Notes under the pieces: model-generated | What the model saw: the letters and a program-made list of their open reading frames with translations, nothing else | What the model was told of the DNA's origin: nothing | Database searches by the model: none | DNA from: a virus | Direction: 5' to 3' (one strand) | IMG/VR virus record: IMGVR_UViG_3300026078_000022 | Span: 1 to 64,000 of that record | DNA length: 64,000 nucleotides | Shown: in pieces, positions 15,395 to 24,300 of the stretch | How positions within the stretch are numbered: position 1 is the first letter of the stretch | How the letters are laid out: each line of letters begins with the position of its first letter | Position numbers and translations under genes: made by a program

Positions 15395-15404
15395 ACAAAA
15401 AATA

Positions 15405-15593
15405 TTGTACTTAACTGAAAGAAATGGTGAGACAAAAGAATTTCCTTTAAATAGTCAGAATATTATTCTCCCCAATGGTGCGGAATTTACATTACGATGG
15501 GATAATATTAGACAAGGATTGACAATAACTAAACTTACAGACGGAGACTTATTTATTCAACCCCAAGTCAGTAATCAAATATTAATAAAATGA
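15405..15593 (+). CDS. hypothetical protein (5' end possibly frameshifted from ATG 15391)
   Basis: 62 aa ORF with TTG start; coupled ATG is one base out of frame across an A6 run. Confidence 0.5.
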   Translation: MYLTERNGETKEFPLNSQNIILPNGAEFTLRWDNIRQGLTITKLTDGDLFIQPQVSNQILIK

Positions 15594-15880
15594 AGAAATC
15601 ACCCCATTACAACCGTAGAACAAACATACATATCTGCTTCTTGTGTTTGATTGGATTTATTATTTTGATGGCTCTTTCTTGTAGTAGTCCGCGTTCTGGC
15701 TGCTATGGTACTAGACACATGGTAGGCTATGGACTTAATCAACAAACCGGATCTAAAGTAAGAAAGCTAATAGCTACCTATGGAGGATCTTGGGTAAAGA
15801 ACTTAGAGGCGGGTAAAGTAGTAGTCTTTAATCCAGAAGGTAAACTTATTGGGTATTATACTGAAAAATTATCAAAATGA
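15590..15880 (+). CDS. putative lipoprotein
   Basis: Hydrophobic stretch ending ALS|CSS lipobox. Confidence 0.55.
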   Translation: MKKSPHYNRRTNIHICFLCLIGFIILMALSCSSPRSGCYGTRHMVGYGLNQQTGSKVRKLIATYGGSWVKNLEAGKVVVFNPEGKLIGYYTEKLSK

Positions 15881-16110
15881 TTACTCCTATTAACACAAAA
15901 CTAATCGGCACAATTACTTGGTTTGATGTCAATAAAATTAAACCCGAATCCAACGAAAATATTTCGGGAGCGCCATTAAAGACATATCTAGTCGCGTATA
16001 ATGGGATGGCTATAAGTGTGGCTAATTTTGACCCCTATTTCGATATGTTTATTAATTACAACTTACCGGATACGCCAACTCATTGGGCACATATAAATTG
16101 GCCTGCATAA
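15877..16110 (+). CDS. DUF551-like phage protein
   Basis: ITWFDV..KP...YLVAY...PTHWAHI. Confidence 0.55.
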   Translation: MITPINTKLIGTITWFDVNKIKPESNENISGAPLKTYLVAYNGMAISVANFDPYFDMFINYNLPDTPTHWAHINWPA

Positions 16111-16144
16111 TTCCTATGAGGACTAAGCAACTCTCCTAACCACT

Positions 16145-16176
16145 AAGCCGGAGGCTGTTTTTGTTTCCGGCTTTTT
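16145..16176 (+). terminator. intrinsic terminator
   Basis: AAGCCGGA..TCCGGCTT + T run. Confidence 0.6.
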
Positions 16177-16188
16177 AAAAATTATATT

Positions 16189-16476
16189 ATGGAATATACA
16201 CCGGGATATTGGTTTGTAAGCACAAGCAATTCATCTTTAATAACTGCCAATAATGGGGAACTACATAATTGGCAAATGAATAATGTTTGTCAAGTCTATG
16301 GAATGCCTGACGAACAAAGGGAAGCCAATGCAAAATTAATAGCTGCGGCCCCTGAAATGGCAAATGCGCTGAAAGCGTTTATCTGCGCCTTTAATTCTAC
16401 AGATAAAGACAGAAGATCGCGTCTATTATCCGCTTGTAACCAAGCTAAAGCAATAATTGAAAAAGCAACCAAATGA
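16189..16476 (+). CDS. conserved phage hypothetical protein
   Basis: TPGYW...EANAKLIAAAPEM motif. Confidence 0.7.
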   Translation: MEYTPGYWFVSTSNSSLITANNGELHNWQMNNVCQVYGMPDEQREANAKLIAAAPEMANALKAFICAFNSTDKDRRSRLLSACNQAKAIIEKATK

Positions 16477-16712
16477 AAGTATACATAACAAAATATGCTC
16501 TTACTTTAGGTATACAAGAAAGAGAAGTAATTGATGTAGGACATGGTACAGTAAGAGACGTAGATACATTCATGCCTCAATATTTTTACATTGAGGGCAA
16601 AGGCTGGCATAAAACAATGGAATCAGCCTTGAAGGAAGCCAATAGAATGAGGGAAAGCAGAATAAAGGCACTCGAAAAACAAATTGAGAAACTAAAAGAA
16701 TTAACTTTTTAA
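16473..16712 (+). CDS. conserved phage hypothetical protein
   Basis: KVYITKYALTLGI...KALEKQIEKLK. Confidence 0.7.
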   Translation: MKVYITKYALTLGIQEREVIDVGHGTVRDVDTFMPQYFYIEGKGWHKTMESALKEANRMRESRIKALEKQIEKLKELTF

Positions 16713-16724
16713 GGGTTAAGCAAC

Positions 16725-16811
16725 AAGCGGGACTAATGGCCTGATTTCAATTAGGGCAAAGATCGTTTGGTTTAATCTGCATAATTTTCTCGAATTGCGT
16801 CCCGCTTTTTT
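16725..16811 (+). ncRNA. cloverleaf RNA / terminator-like element
   Basis: 9-bp AAGCGGGAC/GTCCCGCTT closing stem enclosing three hairpins, then T run. Confidence 0.45.
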
Positions 16812-16832
16812 ACAACATTAAAAACTTCATCT

Positions 16833-17189
16833 ATGACTACAGAACAATTAAGAAAAGAAATAAGCGTTTATAATTTTGGCTTATCAAAAATTGGCATTTA
16901 TGTTGGATATGCACAAAATGGAGTTACTAAAACTCTAACCTTTACTCCTGAAGAAACAGCCATTCAATTACAAGCTATTGGCTCTATTCATTCATGGGTA
17001 GCAGAACCATTTTACATTTACATAGAAGAAGATAAAAAAGTAAATTGGACTGCTTTTTATAAGAACTTCGTATTCTCACAATGGGAAGCATTAACCCTAG
17101 TAATCCGTCATGAATTGGGAAAAGAACTTGAAAAAGATACTAACTTACTGGAAATGGATAAAGCTATTGAAGCACTAAAAAACATTTAA
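16833..17189 (+). CDS. hypothetical protein
   Basis: 118 aa, last gene of plus-strand block. Confidence 0.7.
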   Translation: MTTEQLRKEISVYNFGLSKIGIYVGYAQNGVTKTLTFTPEETAIQLQAIGSIHSWVAEPFYIYIEEDKKVNWTAFYKNFVFSQWEALTLVIRHELGKELEKDTNLLEMDKAIEALKNI

Positions 17190-17221
17190 GGTTATTTTTT
17201 CATAGGGTTAAGCAATATAAA

Positions 17222-17254
17222 AGCCATCTGTGTCTACAGACGGCTAACTTTTTT
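17222..17254 (+). terminator. intrinsic terminator
   Basis: AGCC-ATCTGT-GTCT-ACAGAC-GGCT + T run. Confidence 0.55.
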
Positions 17255-17328
17255 AAAACTACTCCTCAGACCGCACGAACCCTTAGAGCGGTTTAGGTTT
17301 ATAAAAATGATACCGAATTAAATATAAC

Positions 17329-17357
17329 AAAAAACCGGGATAAATGGCTCCCGGTTA
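17329..17357 (-). terminator. terminator of the late/lysis operon
   Basis: AACCGGGA..TCCCGGTT + T run on minus strand, after endolysin. Confidence 0.6.
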
Positions 17358-17394
17358 AACTATGACTACCAAACTGAACTACAATCAAAACATT

Positions 17395-17922
17395 TTACAT
17401 TAACAATTTCAATAAGACAGCAGCGCCACATTGCTGATCTACTGCATCCGGATCGAATTTCCCATCTGCTACATATTTCCCTGAGTGATAATTACTTGAC
17501 CAACTCCACAAATATGGACTCGGTAACCCACGCTTTTTATACCCCAATCCGTTGTAAGCCTCAATATGCTCCAATGCTGCGGGCATTGACCAATCTGTTA
17601 TTTTATCCCATCCCATCATTTTTAAAGCATCTATAGCGCTTTCCTGCCACGAAAAAGGTGGCTCCCCTTCAATTGGTCTTCCCTTAGGTACATGTACCGT
17701 TCGGGCTGTTAAAGGATCTCCATTGTGAAGGTGTCTAAGTATACTTAATCCAGATTCTCTATAATGAATGGCTGCAATTACATTAGCTGGTACATTAGTT
17801 TCTTGTGAAACAACTGAATACAATCCTTGCTTTGCTTTTATTCGCGTGATAATGTTATCAATATCCTGCATCTTATCAGGATCAATAATCATTATGTCAT
17901 AAAGTCGCTTATAGTCTTCCAT
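17395..17922 (-). CDS. endolysin, lysozyme-like (COG5526-type)
   Basis: IHYRES, HLHNGDPL, PKGRP, EAYNGLGY, SPYLWS, GKYVADG motifs. Confidence 0.85.
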   Translation of the reverse strand: MEDYKRLYDIMIIDPDKMQDIDNIITRIKAKQGLYSVVSQETNVPANVIAAIHYRESGLSILRHLHNGDPLTARTVHVPKGRPIEGEPPFSWQESAIDALKMMGWDKITDWSMPAALEHIEAYNGLGYKKRGLPSPYLWSWSSNYHSGKYVADGKFDPDAVDQQCGAAVLLKLLM

Positions 17923-18044
17923 CGGTAGTAATATTTAAGTTCTTGTATAATCCTTTCACAAATTTCCTGAGTCCCTTTTATGGTGCATAAATGCCATAGT
18001 GAATCTTCAAGTAGTTCGTAATATCCAATTCCCAAACAAGTCAT
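17892..18044 (-). CDS. small hypothetical protein
   Basis: 50 aa, ATGA-coupled to the upstream membrane gene. Confidence 0.35.
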   Translation of the reverse strand: MTCLGIGYYELLEDSLWHLCTIKGTQEICERIIQELKYYYRWKTISDFMT

Positions 18045-18460
18045 TTCAAGTAAATAACGTATACAATAAAGAAAATGATATAATCAATTTTTAGTGCTTT
18101 CAATACTGGTATGGGCAATCTATTTTCTATTTTATCCCACCAACTACCTTTGACTTTTATATCTGTAGCCGTCATTGAGCCGTTATACCACCAAACTTCC
18201 TTTCGAGCCATATTAAGTATTAAATCAAAAAAGGCTAATCTACAAAGAACTCCTAATATTCCAATTTTTAGGAGATACCATAATCCAAAGGCGGCGACAA
18301 ACGGAGCTGAACCTAATAATACACTTCCTGCATATAAAAGCCCTTTGAAGAAATGATTAATAGTTTTATTCTCTTTGAATAGCTTCGATTGATGTAGCGC
18401 CTGCCATGTGATAATAGCTAATAAGAATAAGCAGGTTAGTATTTTGTCGTAAACATTCAT
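18041..18460 (-). CDS. multi-pass membrane protein (lysis region)
   Basis: ~4 hydrophobic segments; start MNVYDK overlaps upstream TAA. Confidence 0.65.
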   Translation of the reverse strand: MNVYDKILTCLFLLAIITWQALHQSKLFKENKTINHFFKGLLYAGSVLLGSAPFVAAFGLWYLLKIGILGVLCRLAFFDLILNMARKEVWWYNGSMTATDIKVKGSWWDKIENRLPIPVLKALKIDYIIFFIVYVIYLK

Positions 18461-18663
18461 TACTTCCTGTTTCCTACGGTAAAAAATCCGATCAAACCAG
18501 CGGCAGCGAGAACACAACCTACAACAATCATTGCTACGGCTCCATGCGTTCTAGCTGGTATAGTTGATTCGTTTTTATCCCATCCCCATGCTGCTAAACC
18601 TAATCCAACAAAAAAACAAATTACTGCCCAAAATACTGGGTTCTTTAATTCTGAATTTGACAT
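18460..18663 (-). CDS. small two-TM membrane protein (holin candidate)
   Basis: 67 aa, two TM helices, basic tail. Confidence 0.55.
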   Translation of the reverse strand: MSNSELKNPVFWAVICFFVGLGLAAWGWDKNESTIPARTHGAVAMIVVGCVLAAAGLIGFFTVGNRK

Positions 18664-18664
18664 A

Positions 18665-19438
18665 TTATTTTCTTTTTAATGATAAAGGCATATTAACTTC
18701 TGTCTCAAAACCATTCCCATATCTTCCAAACATTCCACGAACTCCTATTTGCAACTTATATTTATTCTGATACATTAACCCCACCCCGGCCATTGTTGGA
18801 GTATAAGGCACCCATAATACACTCCATGAAAAAAACAATTGCCCATGAGGTGTTAACTTTTTCTGTGCTTCCTTACTTACTTCTAAGCAATCCTGAAGTG
18901 TTCCGGCAAGCTGTGTATTTTGCTGATCTAATTGGTTTATTCTATTCTGTTGCAGATTTAATTTACTCTGCGTTACTTGTTTTACACTATCTAATTGAGA
19001 TAGATATAATTTTACTTTTGCTTGTCCTCCTTTTAATTCGGCAAAACAATCATGACATTCATTCACATATTCATTTGGGACGGTTGTAACATTTGTATCT
19101 GTGGCTGGCTGAATATCTTTATATTTATTGATAAGTATTGTAATCCTTTGGTCTGCTGAATCAAGTGAATATTTAGTAGAAATTAGTTGATTATTTTTAA
19201 GCGCTAATTGCCCATTGACAAATTCTAATGAATCCCGATAGCTTTTTTTAGTACTATCAATAACAACTTTTAAAATCCTTGTTACGTTACTTAAGCTATC
19301 GGTGGATCTATGCCATTTTTCTGCCACTGCTACCGATGCCTGTCCTTGATGACAACCACGAATAGAGGCAAATAATATGATACCTAATGCGATCAATACC
19401 GCATAAACCTTCCAAGGCTGCTTTATTTGAATTGTCAC
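18665..19438 (-). CDS. spanin-like protein (N-terminal anchor, coiled coil, C-terminal beta strands)
   Basis: TM + IRGC, long heptad region, amphipathic beta C-terminus; in lysis cassette. Confidence 0.5.
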   Translation of the reverse strand: MTIQIKQPWKVYAVLIALGIILFASIRGCHQGQASVAVAEKWHRSTDSLSNVTRILKVVIDSTKKSYRDSLEFVNGQLALKNNQLISTKYSLDSADQRITILINKYKDIQPATDTNVTTVPNEYVNECHDCFAELKGGQAKVKLYLSQLDSVKQVTQSKLNLQQNRINQLDQQNTQLAGTLQDCLEVSKEAQKKLTPHGQLFFSWSVLWVPYTPTMAGVGLMYQNKYKLQIGVRGMFGRYGNGFETEVNMPLSLKRK

Positions 19439-19439
19439 G

Positions 19440-19610
19440 CTACTTTTTTAATGGTTCTAGTTTAATATCTTCATCAGACAACGCTTCAAGAGTGCTTTTC
19501 TTTATTAGTGTCCATTGCCTCCAATCTGGTAGCATGGCTTGTATATGCTGTAAGCATTGTAAGTTATCGTATGCTACTGTATTCGTTTTACCATTGATTA
19601 TAATGTGCAT
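19440..19610 (-). CDS. small hypothetical protein with its own promoter and leader
   Basis: ATG 19610 (MHIIINGK) follows structured leader; the TTG-extended ORF runs through that leader. Confidence 0.45.
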   Translation of the reverse strand: MHIIINGKTNTVAYDNLQCLQHIQAMLPDWRQWTLIKKSTLEALSDEDIKLEPLKK

Positions 19611-19618
19611 ATAATATG

Positions 19619-19722
19619 AAAAGCCGCGCCTTGAAGGTTCACCAGATGATCCTACAAGGATTTCTGCTTCAAAACGCGGCGCTCCAATTAATAATTTCAA
19701 ATCTGGTGAACTACCAAATATA
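19619..19722 (-). promoter_or_regulatory. promoter plus structured leader (attenuator-like)
   Basis: TATATTTG box; GTTCACCAGAT (19711-19701) complementary to ATCTGGTGAAC (19647-19637) inside a GCCGCG/CGCGGC stem + TTTT. Confidence 0.55.
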
Positions 19723-19734
19723 GTAATTATTTTA

Positions 19735-19992
19735 TTATTTCCTATTTTGTTTTTCCTGAAGTTGGATAAGAATTTGGGTAAGTTGATCTTGTATTTTATC
19801 GAATCGCTGGTTATCTGATATGGTTTTGTCTTTTATTAAAAGGTTAAAATCTCGTAACGAACTTTCAAAGAACTCATTTTTTACCCTAAGTGTTTCTACT
19901 TTATTGGATAAGTTTACAACCATAGTTCCTACGGTGATTATTAATAATATAAGCGAAACTAGAGCTTGCCAGATTTTAAGTCCTTTTTCCAT
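19735..19992 (-). CDS. single-TM coiled-coil membrane protein
   Basis: MEKGLKIWQALVSLILLIITVG + heptads; start reassigned. Confidence 0.6.
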   Translation of the reverse strand: MEKGLKIWQALVSLILLIITVGTMVVNLSNKVETLRVKNEFFESSLRDFNLLIKDKTISDNQRFDKIQDQLTQILIQLQEKQNRK

Positions 19993-20450
19993 TTTCTTTG
20001 TGTGATTAGGTACAATGACAGTAGAACCATCAACATACTTTCCAACCATATCACCGTCTCGTTTTGTTTGAAGCATAACCAGTAATGTATTAAATCAATC
20101 AAGTTAATAGCTAAAATTACTTTCAAGGACAAAGAATAACTACGGCTTTTGGTTTTCAAGAGTATGAAAGAAAGTACTATTAGTAAATTAGATAAAATAT
20201 TTCCGGTGTCATAAATGTACCATTGAACATCTTGCATAAATGGCTTCCCATTCTTTTTTACTTCAAGTATAAACAAGGATACCTTATGAGGTTTTGCATT
20301 ATTCCAAAATCGGTGAAATATTGTAACAGGCCATGAAAGATACAATAGAATTAGACTAACTGCCCCGTTCCTTATCAGGCGGCGGAGTGCTGCCGCCGCT
20401 GTCATCGGTAGTGTCACTAAGCGGAGCATCCATTGCTGTAATTTCTGCAT
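19959..20450 (-). CDS. multi-pass membrane protein (start uncertain)
   Basis: Four hydrophobic segments. Confidence 0.55.
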   Translation of the reverse strand: MQKLQQWMLRLVTLPMTAAAALRRLIRNGAVSLILLYLSWPVTIFHRFWNNAKPHKVSLFILEVKKNGKPFMQDVQWYIYDTGNILSNLLIVLSFILLKTKSRSYSLSLKVILAINLIDLIHYWLCFKQNETVIWLESMLMVLLSLYLITQRKWKKDLKSGKL

Positions 20451-20547
20451 CTAATTCGTTTAAATGGCTATTAAGTTCTTCATTACCGTGAACGGCTGAC
20501 CATTCTCTTAGTTTGGTCAACAAATCTACAAATCGTTGCTTTGACAT
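20356..20547 (-). CDS. small hypothetical protein
   Basis: 63 aa, helical N-terminus, DDSGGSTPPP tail. Confidence 0.55.
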   Translation of the reverse strand: MSKQRFVDLLTKLREWSAVHGNEELNSHLNELDAEITAMDAPLSDTTDDSGGSTPPPDKERGS

Positions 20548-20551
20548 TTAA

Positions 20552-20962
20552 TTATTGTTTTTGAGTTACAATTAAATCTGTTTGCTTTATTTTATCAGCT
20601 ATTTTAGCCGCAAATGTATCTGATGCAAGTACACCTATATTTTTAAGGATCATAAATGCCCTGTCAATTAATAATCCTGTAGCTACAGCTAATAAAACCA
20701 TCCATCTCGCATCAATATACTCATATATTAATCTGATAAGTAAAGGAATTGCCAGAAAATTGGAAACTAACCGCCAAACATTAGCAGCAAATAAAAAGCT
20801 CCAACTGAATTTATGTGGGGTATTAGTACTAGCTATATCTCTATGGCTGGCTTCGTGGATTAAAGAAGCCGCAGCAGCAAAATAAGCTATAACTAAATAT
20901 GCAAGGAAGGCCCCTAAAGTGCCATTACCTAAGATTACATGCCAAAAATCAGGATATTTCAT
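20552..20962 (-). CDS. holin-like three-TM membrane protein
   Basis: 136 aa, three hydrophobic helices, first gene of lysis cassette. Confidence 0.55.
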   Translation of the reverse strand: MKYPDFWHVILGNGTLGAFLAYLVIAYFAAAASLIHEASHRDIASTNTPHKFSWSFLFAANVWRLVSNFLAIPLLIRLIYEYIDARWMVLLAVATGLLIDRAFMILKNIGVLASDTFAAKIADKIKQTDLIVTQKQ

Positions 20963-20968
20963 TGTTTA

Positions 20969-21373
20969 TTATTTTATCCAGTAAGTACCATTTATTGTTA
21001 TCGTTTGTGCTCCGGAAACTTCAGATGTAAATGTTACAGTTAAAACATCATTCGTGGCATCAGAAAGAACTGTGCCGATATGCCCGCTGTTAGTTCCAGA
21101 AGCATCATATAAGGTTGTGAAATTAGAAGCAATAGGTAACGAAGCATTAAAACTTGTACTTGTGCTGCCTGCTGTTGGCGTCACATCTATCTCTGCACTA
21201 AATATTACTTTATTCCCTATTCTTATATAATTTCCGGAATGAGGCGTATTACTGGAAACGTTAGTAGTACTAGTTATTGTTGGTGTCCATGTTCCAAAAG
21301 AACTAGGGTCATATGCTTTTGGTGAAAAAGCAATAATGATAACCACGAACGATATTAATATTATCTTATTCAT
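20969..21373 (-). CDS. tail-fibre-type beta-sandwich protein with signal peptide
   Basis: GTWTPT..GNYIRIGNKV..SLPIAS..INGTY fibre C-terminal pattern; hydrophobic N-terminus. Confidence 0.6.
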   Translation of the reverse strand: MNKIILISFVVIIIAFSPKAYDPSSFGTWTPTITSTTNVSSNTPHSGNYIRIGNKVIFSAEIDVTPTAGSTSTSFNASLPIASNFTTLYDASGTNSGHIGTVLSDATNDVLTVTFTSEVSGAQTITINGTYWIK

Positions 21374-24300
21374 CGTATATCCCAAGCAGTTCCACTGCTA
21401 GCTTGTATTGTTTTAACCTGATATTGTGTTGTTAACGTAAAAGAAGATGCCCCGTCAATTAAATTACCACTACTTGCCTGAATTGTAACAGTATTAGCGC
21501 TATTATCTAATCGCTTGAATATATACACTATCCCTATCGTTCCCGCGAATGCTGTTGACGCTGCCGGAAGTGTTACAGTAATATTATTACTTGCCGCATT
21601 TATTCTAAAATAGTATTGAGTTAATCCAGCAGTAATATCAGTTGTAACACTATCAATCCTATAAAAATTTCCTGCCTGATTTTCAAATCCAGATACATAA
21701 GTATTACCCCCCGTTGCATATAATGGTGCCGTAGAGGGCATTTGAGTTGTACCTAAACTAGCGTTATTATTTGTGTCTATCAATACGCCAGACCCTTTGC
21801 TAAATGTTCCCGGAGTGGGGGTATATCCAATTTCATAGTGATCATCTGCGCCTAAAATAGCAGCGGTGTAAGGGAATGTTCCGCTATTAGTGCTATACAC
21901 AAACGTATTGGCATTAACCCTATAATTCCCTATGGTAGCAAACGTTAGATTATTGTTACTCCCTGTTACTGTTCTATTCCCTGCTAATGTTCCATCTCCT
22001 GTATATAATGTATTGCCTATGGTGCTTGTGCTTAATTTACCAGTGGCATCTGCCGTTACATATCGCGTACCGGTTCCGGCCAAGTTACTCATTAGGATAG
22101 TTCCATCAGTATTTAGACTTAATTGATTTGTGTTTGGTGAAGATGCTGACCCTGTAAATATTTTTATTGGCCGATTAGTTCCAGTTCCGTTGCTTATTGA
22201 CCAAATATCATATTCGGTTGCATTTGCACGTTCTAATAGAATCTCATAATTCGCCCCATCCGCAACAATATCCGTATTGGCTATCTGCAAATCTCCCCTT
22301 ATCGTACCGGTATATCCAGTTCCTTTTGGTATTACCCTCAACGAACTTGCGACATTGGTTCCCGTAGATGGATAAATATCTAATGTAGGGAAGTTATCCG
22401 TTACGGCATTGTTGGTCATTTTAGAATCTCTATTCGTTCCCGAATGCGTAAAAATAACAGAGGCGCTAGTGCTTATATCGTTTGTTGTAGTATTACCTAT
22501 GGTAGTCACTTGTTGCAATGTAGGATATAACGCAAATGCGTCTCCCGCTGTGGTCGTTATTGCAGCGCCAGAACCAAGAACATATTGACCAATGCCTTTA
22601 AAATTACTAAGTGTATACTGATTAACAGTAATACCTGCTCCAACATTTAAAAATGCTGTCCCTGTATTATTATGAGAATATATACAATTTGTAACATTGA
22701 TAAAATCTAATGTGCCATTTTCAACAACTCCATAACTAACTGAATCAGTGTTTATATTGGATAATTGCAAATTATGAACTGTAGCACCTGAATTAATATT
22801 GACAATAGCCATATCTCTGAAAGTGGGAACATTTGTGAGAGCAACATTATTAACCAATAAATTATTAACTATTGCCCCATTGGATAATTTAATCACTGGC
22901 ACTGTATTATTTGTTGCGCCACCATAATTAATTCCATCCACCATCAATCTATCTATATTTGCATGCGCATCTAAATTTATTAACGGGAAACCAATGCCAC
23001 TAAAATCTCCACGAAATACATTCTGAATAGTCAGATTACTTATTACGCATCCAAGACTTATATAAACATCTTTATATGAAAATGAGCTTGATTTGACCTC
23101 CATGTTCCAATCACTTAATACGATATTTCCTACGTGACCCGCCCCGGCCTGTGCAGGACAACCATCAGACCAGTTATCAATAATTAAGCTTTGGAGCTCC
23201 GTTGTGCCTTTTACGTTTGACACGTTAACTCTGTCTATAGAATCAGCAGATGAAAGCATTCTGCCTCCGAATCTAGTCCCATCCATAGCCTCCCATCCAT
23301 CAATGTTTACATCAGTAATAGCACCATGAGTGGCAAACGGGTCATAGGTGTTTATGTTGCCCCCCGGAACACATATCCCGGCTGTATCTGTATTTTGCCA
23401 AACGTCATTTGCATTTAAAGCCCAAGCATCATCATTTGTAAGAGCCTGAAGATTTTTAATTGTAATAAATCTGGACGGCCCATTGATATGAACGCCATCA
23501 AAATTGCCGTAATTCGTACTATTTGATCCGGGCCCATAATTTATCAAGTTATTGGTCATCTTTATGTTTTCGCAATTCATAAACCAACTGTGAAACGTAC
23601 GACTAACCAGTAACTGACATCCATCTATCGTAATGTCTTTTGCTCCAACAAATTTATACAAACACACCCACCCGTTAGAACTTGTATGATGTGTTTGATG
23701 CCCACCATTTCCATTTATTACCAGATTACGAATAACAAACCCACTATCATTTCTTGCGCCTGTAGACTTATTAGCATTCATAAAAATATTACAATTCATG
23801 CTATCTTGCGCAATTACGCCACCATTTTTAACGCCTTCGATATCAGTCCCCGGATATACAATCAATGTACTATCTACCCCGCTTTTCGTGTCCCATATTA
23901 TAATACACGGATTCCCGTTACACTTGTCTAATACGTTCTGGATTAAATGTCTTGCATTTGTGCCTTTGTTGGTAGAACCGATTTGTAAATCAGCATCATT
24001 AGGTACACCATATTGCGACAATGTAAATACATTCCCTTTTAAATATCGTACATCTAATGTAGTAGTATCTATTTTTGTAGTTATAGTATTAGATACTGTA
24101 GAAGAATCCATTAATATACCATAACCCGGATTTGCTGTTTTGATATTACCACCTGTAGTAGCTACCCACCTATACCCAGACCCAATATTAGCTAATGTGA
24201 TGCCGCCACTTCCACCGCCTGCTCTTTTAAATATATTACCAGATGCATCTACTACTAATGAATTAAAGCTGGTATCTATTGTTTGAAAGTTTGTCCCGGT

